Source: Laetmonice hystrix (Eukaryota). Taken from it: a stretch of 64,000 bases of DNA. The stretch is from contig OZ249445.1 of the NCBI GenBank assembly GCA_965235115.1, forward strand, positions 8,122,001-8,186,000, read 5' to 3'. Positions within the stretch are counted from its first letter, which is position 1. Every line of letters starts with the position of its first letter. The notes under the pieces were generated by a model. That model saw only the letters and a program-made list of their open reading frames with translations. It made no database searches and was not told the origin of the DNA. A program made the position numbers and the translations under genes. Of this stretch, positions 1-12,067 are shown piece by piece.

Positions 1-120
1 AGATAGGCTCAGCACATCTTAGCGCGAATGAGGAACGGTTAACTTAAGTAACGTTTTTGGATGATTTCTTGCCTAAGTAATAGTAGTACTTAGGCCTTTC
101 GCGACTGAGGAACCAGCCCC
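1..120. mobile_element. Right end of a PIF/Harbinger-like MITE (truncated by window edge)
   Basis: Ends ...GAGGAACCAGCCCC followed by TTA (TWA-type target). Internal hairpin GCCTAAGTA-atagtag-TACTTAGGC and repeated GAGGAAC motifs. The left TIR is outside the window. Confidence 0.4.
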
Positions 121-411
121 TTAGTTAAAAGTCTGTTCTGTTCGAAGATATTCGTGGGACATGAAACTTATTCTTTGTTCTACATAGCTGCCCCTCCATT
201 GGACAAGCATAATGTGTGTATTCATGGCAATTATCTACAGTTGTACTTAATAATTCCATTATTTCTTATTGTAGGATTGGAATTAAGGAAACCATCAGTA
301 ATATGCTGGGTTACTGGATAGACTGATAATTAAGCAACCTTCATCCATAGGTGAGAGTAACAATGCACAGTATATTCACGAGAAAATAACTGTAGGGGGC
401 CCTCCAAGGAA

Positions 412-1982
412 CTAGAAGGAAGAGAACACACCTGGAATCATTTGCTGCTGATCATCAAGAGGCGAAGAGACAGTGAAGAGGTTGCCAGATTTCACGGGTA
501 GTCTTAGCAGGAACCAGGCAAAATCTATCTCTTTTGGTTTACTGAAAGCTTCCTTCAGACTTGAGCATATTTGGAAGTCAACATTCAGTATTCCTGGGCC
601 CTTTCTAGCTCTGTGAATATATGGCATGAAACCAGGGACCTCAGCAGTTGTCTCCATCTGCAGCTGACTTCCTTCTTGTTGACCTGTTGCGGGCTCGCAT
701 GTGTGAACACGGCGTTGAACAAGGATCCCGTTCGTGCAGTGAGTGGTGTTACTTCCACTTAAGGTCTGTTCGTTGAGATCAATATTGTCCCAACAGAAGC
801 TTGTGAAAACATGTGGATTGATGTTACTTGGAATAATGACTCCCCCTGTCTCCCTTTGAGTATGTTTTAATGCAATTGAAGACTCGAGGTCAAGTAATTC
901 ATTGTAAGACACTGTGTGTCCAAATCTGTTCAGCATTGACACCACTTGAGAGCTTCCTGTCAGGTTCTTGACTGTCATAGCAAGGGACACATGCTTAGGT
1001 GTTTTGACCCTTCCTCTAGACACGTTATACAGTAGATCTTGACCAACTGACATCACTCTTCTGTACAGGGCTTCTTTCGTTGACGCTGAATCAGCTGAAA
1101 CTTCATCCTCATCTGTTTCACCAGACATCACCCAGACCAAGAAGTTATACACATTTTGTGGTATTTGTGCATGAGCGAATGTTAACGTCTCAGCTGAAGG
1201 TGGGTCTGGCACTTGGCCCTTTATCTTCTTCAGTTCCGTGCGAATGTACTTTGCCACATGGTAAAGATCAGACTGACTTGGGGGGCTGGAGTTTGCAGTA
1301 TTGTACATGTAGTAGGTTTCTCAGCATGTTCAAAGTTTTTCACAGGCATGACATCTTCTGTTATGTAGCATCCTGCTTCAGCAAGCTGTCCTTTTGGAAC
1401 ATCTGACGGGAACAAAATCTCAGATTCATTTCTGCGCCTTGGTTGCCAGAAGGACAGCCTGTCTCCAAAGGTCCTAAGGAGGCGTTTCTTTAACTTCTGG
1501 GATTTGTAGGCTGGTGCTTCTTTTCCTCGTTCTGAAAGATGGTTTTTGAAGTGCTCTACGAGAGTATTCATTTGCATTGTTTTGTGGTCAATAAGAACAT
1601 TTTTTCTTACTTCATCTACTATAAGTTCATATGAGTCATCATATTCAGTCTGGAGCAAATTCTCTGAAGGCCTTTTCCTGATATAGTTTACGTAGCATCT
1701 ATGGTGGTAGCAGATTTCCATTGCAATGGGATCTTTGTTTGAAATTTCACCAAGGATTCGAAAGTCCTGTCTCGTTTCTGCAGCCTGAAGTAGCTTCTTG
1801 CCAGCTTCAAAGGTCATGCATTGGGTCAAGGGTAGAAGCCTTTTGTTTTCTTTGTCGTACTTTCTAGTCTGGCATACCAGACAAACCTTGCTATCAGGGT
1901 TTACTGTCCTTCGGCTTGCTCGCTTTACTAAAGAACCATCTTCATCACGATCACACTCATTAGTATAGTTTACCGAAGCCAT
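412..1982 (-). pseudogene. Academ-like DNA transposon transposase, N-terminal ~510 aa, frameshifted
   Basis: ORF 1982-1230 has an N-terminal CxxC...YHxxCY zinc-binding signature. ORF 1308-412 has TPKHVSLAMTVKNLTGS...LNRFGHTVSY...FCWDNIDLNEQTLSGSNTTHCTNGILVQ, motifs I recall from Academ-type transposases (WDN = first acidic residue). The frames switch around 1260-1310. A splice donor (CCAG|GTGTGT) at 432/431 after 'MIPG' suggests the CDS continues past an intron outside the window. Confidence 0.65.
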
Positions 1983-2312
1983 GATTCTCGTTCATCCAGT
2001 TACGATCGAGAAGCGATCACCACCAACAGCTGCCCGAGGGCCCTGCAATATATGGAAAGCATGATTGAATTGGAATTTCAATAATTATATTTAATAACAC
2101 ATGTTAGGACGTCATGCCTGTTAACATTAGTTAACATTAACCATTTACAAAATTTATATAAAAGTTGCAATTTCGACGCTGATGGATATTATTATGTCCA
2201 AATTATTATGCCCCCTCCCGCCCCCCCCCCACTCACACACAACAAGGTAGGCTACTAGTTTGACCTATACATAGGCCTACAGACCGACAAAGCTTGACCG
2301 ATCAGAGCCCAG

Positions 2313-2480
2313 CAGGGCCGTGCCCGGGGGGGGGGCCTTGGGTGTCTGTAACCCCCCTAAGTGCCAAAGATTTCTTTTTTAAGGCTTTTTAGGTCCTAAC
2401 TAATACTTGGATCCGTCCAGTGTAACCCCCCCCCCCCGCACCAATAACCCCCCCTGCACCAATCTCTGGGCACGGCCCTG
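2313..2480. mobile_element. MITE, CAGG...CCTG TIR family, 5-bp TSD
   Basis: TIR CAGGGCCGTGCCC / GGGCACGGCCCTG; direct repeat CCCAG at 2308-2312 and 2481-2485. Confidence 0.8.
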
Positions 2481-2989
2481 CCCAGTGCAGACAAACGCTA
2501 TGTAACTCATTTGTAAACGCAATCAATCAGCTGCCAGTAGGCCATGAATTTTCCTAATTATCCCGAAATGGGATCTTGTTCTTGTGTGAGTTCATCTTCT
2601 CTTTTTTAAATTATTATTATTATTATCCCATTTCCCTTACAGTTACACACACACACCTACATGTAGGACTATTACATAACTGTTACATGTGGCCTTATGC
2701 AGATATGGATGTAAATGTCCTCGTTAGGGTCTCTTCTAGGATGATGGGTGGTGAATGTCCTAAGATATATATATGGCGGTGAATTTAGTCATAGTCGTAC
2801 GAGCCGAGGGGGCACCCCCCCTCCCCCCCGAATTCGGACAAAACAGTGGGACAAATTCGGACTCGTGAGGCAAAATTGTTGCGTGCTGTACAGCCCGGTG
2901 CACGCTATGAAGGACTAAAGCCGTACCAGCGGGTGGTAACCCCCCCTCCCCCCACCCCCACCCCACCCCCACCCGGTCCCCCGCATGGA

Positions 2990-3040
2990 AGAAAGAGAGA
3001 GAGGGAGGGACTCAGACAGAGAGAGACAGACAGACAGACA
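2990..3040. repeat. (GA)n/(GACA)n microsatellite
   Basis: Seen directly in sequence. Confidence 0.85.
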
Positions 3041-4116
3041 CAGTCAGTTAGTTTTGATCAGAGACCTGTGTTTTGATACTTCCTCTTTCCCTTCTTTTTA
3101 TTTTTATTATCATCTCATAGCCCCCCCCCCCCCCACCCACCCACCTTGGAAAGCAAGTGATCCTGCCCTGCACACATGACTGGCGGTCTTCTGACAGTGA
3201 CAGCGGCCCCACCCGACAAAACTCGACACTCGTCTCGAGATCAGCGCAAGACTTGCTATGCCTTGGCTAACGTTACACGTCTGAATGTGGCAGACGACTT
3301 CTTTTCACATCTAAAAAGAGTAGATCTAAGCCTAAATGAACACTGTTATTAACCTCTCCAGGATCACCCATGTAAACACAAGTCTCTCGAATGAATGGGA
3401 CGAACTCCGCGTTTCTCTGTTTACAAACAACGCGTCCTTATAAATATTCAACGTTGGCCTACTAACCTGTTTGAGGGAGCCATTCCAGCACTGCCCTTCG
3501 ATCCGACTGCCAATCATAAAATCGGGTCAAGACACAATGAAAATCGGTCATGACGTTTTCGCGAAGCCTTCCAATCAGCTACGTCCTTACCAAATATTGG
3601 GCCATGTAGCAGGTCATGGAAATCCAATGAATACTCGCCACACTACTGTACACACTTGAAAGGATAAACACTGAAACTTTTCAGCCATGTGGCAAAATAC
3701 AGTCTACAATGACAACACAGCGGCGGAGGCCCAGCCTACTGAGGGAGGGGCCCCAGCAGGCATAATTGTGCAGCAAAGTGGCTTTTATTCCCGATAATCT
3801 TCTTCTTTTAGCCTATTTTATTAAGCTTCTAGAGCACGTTGTATAATGAAACTACTACTTTTTAACTAGTCTACGGTACTTCGCTTGCCCCCATCCTAGC
3901 ACTAGGCCTATCTTATAATATTATGGAAAACACAAAAACATTTTCATCTAGGCCTATACTTGTCTCAGGGAAGAGATAGTAGTTACCGACAGTTACCTGC
4001 ATAAATTTTTACAACACTCGTAACAATTTGAAATCAAATTTTTGCTTAACATGAAAATTGGTGGAACTGACAAAATCCCCCAATTAGCCTATATTTGCCA
4101 ATTTTAGAGTTTATTA

Positions 4117-4999
4117 GTTACCATGGCAAGCGTAGGCCTATAACATTGAATTTTACATGTGTGTTTGGAAAGAAATCACCGAGGTCTTTCATCTGAGCTA
4201 TGACATGTCTTGATCCGCTAATAACTTCATTCAGTATGTTGAAATAACTTGATTCGTTGAACACCCCCCAAAATGATGGGGTGAGCAAGGATGGTTCATT
4301 GTTACCATGGAAACCTAATAAAATAATTTTGATCTCTTATGTCATTAAGGTACAAAACACAGGTACATATTAATGACAATAAAAAATAATGGAATATCTA
4401 ATACTTTTGTTACTATTGAAACTGATGCGGGCTTGCTACATAATTTAAACATTTTATTAGTTACCATGGCAACGAGATAGCAACAACATCTCTTTTTATC
4501 CATTTCCTTAAAGTGGCCTCTGAGCTCTTTCATATGAGATATCTCGTGCACAGATACCTAAATAAATGACTCTGGTGTGTTGAAATATCTTAAATCTTCG
4601 GCCTTCCTACAATATCGAGTGGAACTGGAGTTTGGCACTGTTACCATGGAAACGATCGACCTCAATTTCCATTTCATATGTTATTCAAATTCCAGACATA
4701 TGCATCTGTCAAACTGCATGTGTAGACATGAAGCATTTATAACACTCCGGTTCCTGTGGCAACTTACAAAGTAACAATTCATCAAAAATCACCAAATTGA
4801 GAGAGTTTACTCGTTACCATGGAAACCGGATAACCATGACAACAGAAATATTGTATTTTCTGGAATGTACTCTGTAAGCGCTTTCATATGAGCTATCACG
4901 CAATCTATTCTGTGGATTATTCGCTTCTAGGCAATACAAAATATCAGTTTTCCCTAAACTACCTAAAATACAGAGGTTGGTTTTTGTTACCATGGAAAC
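4117..4999. promoter_or_regulatory. Array of six X-box-type palindromes GTTACCATGG(A/C)AA(C/G)
   Basis: Copies start at 4117, 4301, 4460, 4640, 4813 and 4986. They match the RFX X-box consensus GTTRCCATGGYAAC closely. Probably part of a transposon subterminal region. Confidence 0.6.
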
Positions 5000-5186
5000 A
5001 GTGCAGTTGTGGGTAATTGCCGACCAGATAACTGTCGGAAATAAAAAATTGAGGATTTTTCCTGCAGTTTGGTACCAAGAAAGTGAGCTAACAAGGGGGG
5101 GTCCACGGAATCCAATTTTTGGAGGGGTCATGTGATGGACTAGTGGGTGTGCTGGGTGATTAACACATCTCTGCCGTGTTTTACAG

Positions 5187-5458
5187 AGAGTGCCATACAA
5201 GCGTTCCGACGAGCGTCTCTGGTTCTGGTGAATGGCGCTCTGGCCGGGCGAGCCAAGCCGTCAGACCCGGGCAGCGGGAGATCCAAACTGCCGCCCATAG
5301 AGGTGATCTACGAGGACGACAGTGAGGAGGAAGAGGAGGAGAAAAAGGAGGAGGAGAAAGAAGAAGAGATGAAGAAGGAAGTGGTTGAACTGCAGGATAA
5401 CCTAGCGGCGAATGGGATCCAGAACGACGAAAAAGTGGTCGTCGTCTCCCGAATATAA
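5187..5458 (+). CDS. Terminal coding exon of an unidentified upstream gene (acidic tract, C-terminal VSRI)
   Basis: Acceptor TTTTACAG| at 5186; open GC-rich frame ...RRASLVLVNG...EDDSEEEEEEKKEEE...VVVVSRI* ending in TAA at 5458. No upstream exons could be identified in the window. Confidence 0.6.
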
Positions 5459-5799
5459 CTCTATACATTTTTATCGGTGTCTATAATAGTTCTGATGTCA
5501 CAAACAAAGGTCACTATCACTTACTCCTTCGGACAGGATGTATTGCAGGAACATATTATTAATCTAACTCGCTAAACACGATATTTATCTTCGTAGGAAG
5601 TATCTGTCTGATGTTTGCTCTGAGACTGCGAAACTTTGTTGAGGTCATCATTTAAAAGTAATGTAGATAATGTAGAAAACCTGGACGAACTCTTTCTGAA
5701 AAGCCAATCAATCAACTAGGAAATACTATTTCAGGTATCGGCAAGTACAATAGTTTGATAATATAATCAGCGATACATAAGTCTCGGCTATTACCTGCC

Positions 5800-6358
5800 C
5801 ATTCGGGATTCCCTCGGGCATATGACGTCATATCTGCATATACCCTCGGGTGAAATGGGCGCCATTGGCAACCAGATACATGGCGAAATCGACCTGTGTA
5901 GCGAGGCACTGAGTGAACCGTCATATCCCATCGAGCCAGAAAGTAGTGCATTATTGAAACCTGCTTTTTAGCATCGTATGTGCAAATATATATTTTGTGG
6001 TATGAAGGGGAACGTTTGAACTGAAAAAATCAATTACCTAATTGACCTAAATGGGCGTGATACTGTAATTTATCAAATTATGGGAAGCAATATGGCCGCG
6101 CCCATGAACGACAGTACTACGACAGATGGTACGACTACTTGTATCATGAACATGATACTCTCGTAATATTGCCCCCTGACTATGGGGAAAACACTGGAGG
6201 CCTATTTTAGTTGCTTTCATGCCTGATGCAGGCAAAATACTTCAAGCACTGCCATGCTGGCGAGAGTCCCAGATAAATGTACCCGAGATGCAATGCTCAA
6301 AATGGCGCCTATTTCACCCGAGGCTACTTTCGAAGATATGGCCGAGGATTCCCGAATG
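5800..6358. mobile_element. 559-bp non-autonomous TIR element with 9-bp TSD
   Basis: Imperfect ~60-bp inverted arms 5800-5866 and 6301-6358 (CATTCGGGA...CCTCGGGTGAAAT(G/A)GGCGCCATT); direct repeat TTACCTGCC at 5791-5799 and 6359-6367. Confidence 0.75.
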
Positions 6359-7067
6359 TTACCTGCCAAGGCCATATTATTGCTATAGAATCTCACTTTT
6401 GGTGTAGTTTCTGCAACATGACCCCTACGGTGTTGATGAGGTGTCAACAGGCTCATAAAGTAATGAAGACCTCGTTAACCCTTCAAGGTCAATGCCACGG
6501 TTAGCAAGGTCAATCGATGGATCTTGTACGAACTTTGTACGCGATATGATTATGGATGGGAGTAGTCGAAATTTGCCGATTTTAACCCATCCTTCCATGA
6601 TCTAGCAAAGCTCATGATTATTATAACCTCGTTTTAAAAGGAAATAAAAGGAAATAAACTACTAAATTTGACACAAAGACAGGTTATTACTCGATATTGC
6701 ATGACGGCACGTAATCAAGATGATTATTTTTGCTGTGATGATATGCTGAAGGCGAACTGAGGGCATACTCATGACACCGGAGACACCTCGCGTCTCCATG
6801 CCATATTCACGTTAATACCTTGCTGCTATAGTATATGTACTATCAGAATAGAACACCTTGGGTCGAACCGTTGACATTTATTCAAACAACTCATCAAGAT
6901 CCAAATGATATATGTATCTATGTGCATCAATTATCTTCAGGATTCCAACATTTACGTCTCCGTTACAGTCACAAAATCGTCTCTTAGCAAATGTTACACG
7001 GTAATGCCCACCAGTCAATATTGTCTGACAGTATTTAATAATAGCCCGTGTTCAACGGCTGCGTTAA

Positions 7068-8135
7068 AGGGAAAATGACAATACAATTACAGAAAAAATA
7101 ATCATCTTATACCCTAAATTAGGTACAAATATAATCGTTTTGCTTTGGCTAATGACAAAAAGCGGGTATAAGACGATCGTCTTTTTCATCAATGGAATAC
7201 ATCCAATTTCGCCCGCAGATTTGGCAAGGGAATATACCCAAAAAGCAGTAATTAGTAGCAGCGTTCTATAGTATAAAAGAACAGTATTTCTTCAGTTTGT
7301 ATAGGCCAGGCACACAGACCGTGAAATTCTAAGCAAGTTAAAAAAGATTTGAACACAATTGGTGCGCAAATAGTTAAGATATAAGCACTTTAGTGCCGGA
7401 GCCTGCTGCTGTGTGATGTTGACGGAGCTCAGCCCCGCTGGGCCCACTCTGACTACGACCGGGCACTGAGATCGCGGGCAGTGTCAGTGCAGACCTGTTG
7501 CGTTTAGTTAGCCTTTTCAAAAAGGTTTAGGGTTTACCGTTACGGTTATGGAGAGTGATAGGGCCTAGTTACATTACAAAGGAATTTTTTTGACTGAGTG
7601 ATTTAGCCGACATCGATTTACCGCGCGAGGAGTCGTCCTACTCAGGGCTTGCGGTCAGGGTGCATTCACCCGGCCGTCAACACGCGCGTGCTGGGACACC
7701 CCGGGGGACCCGGACCATCGGCCGACCACCTGACCCTTCCTGTCTGTGTGCTAGGCCTACTCGTGGGACTGACCGGCATCGCCCACCCGCCCTGGCGGCC
7801 TCTATAGCCTAGCCCCGACAACCCCTCAATTGATCAATTCAGGATCGGTTCGCGCATTCTCAAATAGATGGCACAATGACGTCAATTACTTCCGGCCAGC
7901 GCCACAATGGCTGCGCCCCTAAAGCCAGTGATTTTTTACACGGTTGTCATGTCGACATATGACTTCTTGGAATGGAGGGACATTTATTTCCAACCACTAC
8001 TCTGAAAGGTGAGTATATATAGAGGCCTTGCAGCTGTCCAAATGTGATTTTGGGCAATACTTCTCCTTTAAGGACTTCAATTATCATATAATTAAAAATG
8101 CCGATTTGAGAATTTTGTGACAGTTTACCTTCCCT
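7068..8135. mobile_element. Kolobok-type non-autonomous element (TTAA target)
   Basis: TTAA|AGGGAA at 7064-7073 and TTCCCT|TTAA at 8130-8139. Short TIR and a GC-rich non-coding interior. Confidence 0.5.
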
Positions 8136-9808
8136 TTAACAACTTCTTGTACTCTCTTGGCCTGCTATGTATGTAAGAAGACTTGTTAATGAAACATACA
8201 GTTGGAACTTACAACATGTTTTGATTGCAGAACCAAAATTTTTACATTGTAAACTATAACGGAAACGTGATACTTCGTCATGTCTTAAATACAATTGAGA
8301 ACTCCAGGAGGCACGTTTGTATAGTTACACACGTTCAACATTCTTACCCTTACACGAGATGAACAGTTAAAGACCCATATAAATACACTTTACATGAATG
8401 AGTATACCTTATTTGCGGGATAACACAACCAATTTACTCGAGTCCAGAGAAGAATGCTTCAGAACACTTCCAGTTTCCCTTAGGCGAACATAAAAACTAT
8501 TTCCTTATCATTTTGTTGCTCATTAATACTGATAATATTGCAACATGGCAAACGTATAACCATTGCAGTTTGTAATTCAGAAGGACTGAACGCGATGGGA
8601 ATGCCCATGTAGTGGGATTCCTGTACTGCGGGGGTGGTCGGACTCTTCTACGAATTGCAGAGACCTTGCAAAGGGGACACCCCCGAAATTTAAGGTGCAA
8701 TTTGGTGCATTTCTGAGCAAAAAATGCTGTATTAAACGAAATGTCAAAAGTGACCAGCAAAAAAAAAGGCTCGACGAAGGGGGGGGGGGTTGCTACTCCC
8801 CCCCCCCCCCAGGATCGTCGTTTCGGATTTGCGTTCGTCGTTCCCTATTTGTATTCCTCGATTTTGAGTTAGTGATCGTCGGTTTGCTTTCGCGAACATT
8901 GTTTCTGTTTTTTCTTTTTGCTTTTGCGTTAATGATTGGACCTAACCGGCCACCTTAGTAACCTCTGGAAACATAAGTAACGGTCCTAATAAAAGTATAC
9001 TAATCAATGTTTCAAAGGTCTTTTAACATCGAAAGTTGGGAACTCTCAATAATATCATTTGATAAATTTGTTACATCTGCAAAGGTCAGAGCAGTTGTCC
9101 CAGACAGGTCCGACGGGTTGCAACGCCCGAAGGTATTATCGACTCGGAATTATTTCAGAAGCCATATTTGTAATTCACATAAACCTAAAGTTTACTTCTT
9201 GCTCCTGTGACTTCCAATACGCCTGCAGTTAAGAAAGAACTACTTAGACCGGGTTTAAAGGTGAACAATTTTAATATTGTTATTGCCTTTCAGTAATAAT
9301 GATTTGCAAAAACTCAAACAAAAGGTAATTTTCCAAAATACAGCCTGTTTTAAACAGTATAAAACATCCTAGAGTAGGCCGCCACCGCAATCCCATTTTA
9401 TTGGAAGACGACACGACCGTCATGATTTATAGGTAATGAGACTTTGAATATCATGCTGGGTGTTTTAGACGCTATTCTAGACTAGTATAGAAGCAAGATA
9501 TGTGATCATAATCTCTAGGCCCATCACAAACGGAACACCTTGAAGCGTACAGCGATATAGATCCACGAAAAATGACACTCCTTGAAAGTCAAAGATCAGG
9601 GATAAACCGGGCCACATACGTCCTCCATCAGCTCCGCTGACGAGTTCTAATCCCCAGAATCTAGACACAGTAATCCAGACACGGCCTGACGAGTCCAGTC
9701 CGTGTCTGATTGGGAGCAGTGTGTTAGTGCGAACACGCGTCAAGTCGGCATGAAACATTGATGTGAAATTTCTTGTCGACCCGTATAAGTTACTCGCTCC
9801 AATATTCA

Positions 9809-10004
9809 NNNNNNNNNNNNNNNNNNNNNNNNNNNNNNNNNNNNNNNNNNNNNNNNNNNNNNNNNNNNNNNNNNNNNNNNNNNNNNNNNNNNNNNNNNNN
9901 NNNNNNNNNNNNNNNNNNNNNNNNNNNNNNNNNNNNNNNNNNNNNNNNNNNNNNNNNNNNNNNNNNNNNNNNNNNNNNNNNNNNNNNNNNNNNNNNNNNN
10001 NNNN
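9809..10004. other. Assembly gap (196 N)
   Basis: Run of N. Confidence 1.
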
Positions 10005-11587
10005 AGGGCAGGTCATGTTTGTGGAATGAAATATCAAATAGATTTTAAGCCAGCTGTAAACAAATAAATTTTGAGACGGGTGTAAAAGTGCAGCTTCAGG
10101 ACGAATAAACGAATGTTAATGTTCTTTTTTTACATGACGAAAATAAAGAATGATCTGATATCCAGTGAAACAAAAGGTGAAACAATTTGATGGAGCCTTT
10201 GTGATCTGATCCAGCAAAGGCTGTCGTCGGTCAAAGGAAATCCTGGTTAAAGTAGCCTGTATTTTTTCACGAAACTCCTCCCGAAAACCAAAGTTATTAC
10301 ATTCTAATCGTTGGCCTCGCTTTCTTAGGTCTATATTCATATTCTAATCATATATATCAGAGATGCCAAGGCAGAGATAGTTGAGAAAAGTAATCCGAGT
10401 GCGTAAATTGAGGGTCTAAGGGTCTGATAAAACCATCCGTATTATATCCGTCCCCTTACCAGGTTTGGGAGTTGGCGTTCCATGACATATATTCATCAGG
10501 TCAGGGTCCTGATTGTGAATACTCCCCCGCAGTCACGTGATCAATCGCTGTCAGAATGTCCAGAAAGGTCAACACAAACTGACCAATCAGGATGACTGAG
10601 GTTGATCCCCATGGGGATCTCCTTGAGAGGACCCCTCATCTCCGCCCACCCACAACGTCGTGATCAATTAAGCTACATAATACAAAGTTTTGTATCCATG
10701 TATGCATAAATGTATCTACATAACGTAAGCTATATTAATATAGAATTGTCAAAAGGTCTGTAGCATAATTTTATTAGGTTGCCTTATAGGACACAGTGAT
10801 CCAGCCTACTACAACTATTGAGGCCTATATCATTCGACTGGGAATAATGGATCCCCGAGATATTTGAAGGAATTTGTAAAAAATACACCTGAACTGAATG
10901 CGTGCCCTTGTTAAGTTGTTTCCTCAACAAAAACAGCAGATTAAAGTACAAACAACATTAGGACAGACCGACAAAGGCAAGGTTGAGAACGGCTCGTTTC
11001 ACCGGCGGCGAGTTACAACATGACAGAGAAAGTGTTCAGACATGGTGAGTTATGTAACGGGACCGCCCGGAGTGAACACATCACTGTTACAGCCAGCTCA
11101 GGTTATGCCACAGCAATTTATCTGATGGGACTGGAAACTATTTGATTCCGGGAGCTCTTCTTTCCGTCAGATGTTGTTGATTGCCAACTTGACACACTTT
11201 TCTATGCTTGCTCTATGTCGTCCCTTTGCACTCCCTCTCAAAATTGCGACACACCCTCTTTCTTCCTCGTTGAAAATCGTATCTCATAGCATCTAGCCAT
11301 TCAAGGAAGTTTAAGTGTGAGGGTGCATCTTCCCTTGACATGATTCAAGCTCCCTCCCCTGCTATATCCGCCCACCTGTTGGTGACGACTTGTTCGACAT
11401 TGTGCCCCCACCCCACCCTACGTCATCCCACCCCACCCCTCCCGGCCCCGCCCCCGCGAACTCTCACATCGTAGCAACCATGATCAGATTGCTGATAGGA
11501 ATTGAGACACGTTGATTTTACTTTTGTTCCAAGACCTGACAAGAAGAACACGTTGTGTGAGTTTGTCACCCAGGCCAGACGCCTCCC

Positions 11588-11641
11588 TATATATCTACAA
11601 CTCGGCCAGCAGTCTGCCATTGCTGTCGCTGACCGCCACAG
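11588..11641 (+). promoter_or_regulatory. Putative TATA box and short 5'UTR exon of the peptide precursor gene
   Basis: TATATAT at 11588-11594, possible donor CACAG|GTGCGG at 11641/11642, upstream GC boxes near 11445, and acceptor GGTCAG| at 12038 before the ATG exon. An alternative donor CATG|GTGAGT lies near 11044. Confidence 0.3.
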
Positions 11642-12067
11642 GTGCGGGTCTGGTCATACGTTCCCCAGCTGATCCCCTGAAGGGCCGCCACTAGATCCCC
11701 CTGAGAAGATACCCCAGACAAGTATCACCACATTTCCTACTCTGTACATACTTTTGTTGAAGATTACGATCGGCACCGAGTTGTATAGAACATACGGGCG
11801 GAGATAACGGCTTGTCGGCAAGCCTTGCTCAGCTTTGACCACCAGGTGGCGTCTCCGAGCGAGCCAGGCCCAGGAACATCGTCACTGGCCAAAAGTCAGG
11901 AGTCGTGTAGCGCTACTGCCGCGATCTGACACTGACTGAACGGAGCCAGCAGATAACCGTCCCGGGGAGAACAAAACAACTCTAAAAATAGGAGTGTATA
12001 ACAACACGATAGTTGTAGATTACGTATTGTTGGGTCAGAAACATCAAAGACTGAAAGACTTGGAAAA

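Noticed and set aside
1260-1310. Programmed ribosomal frameshift in the transposase
   Set aside because: No canonical XXXYYYZ heptamer; a simple indel in the C6 or A5 run is more parsimonious.
9636-9760. Hammerhead/Penelope-like CTGACGAG motifs
   Set aside because: No GAAA core at the right position; the hairpins present do not form the three-way junction.
9477-10048. ORFs spanning the N gap
   Set aside because: Artefacts of translating through Ns; the flanks show no recognisable domain.
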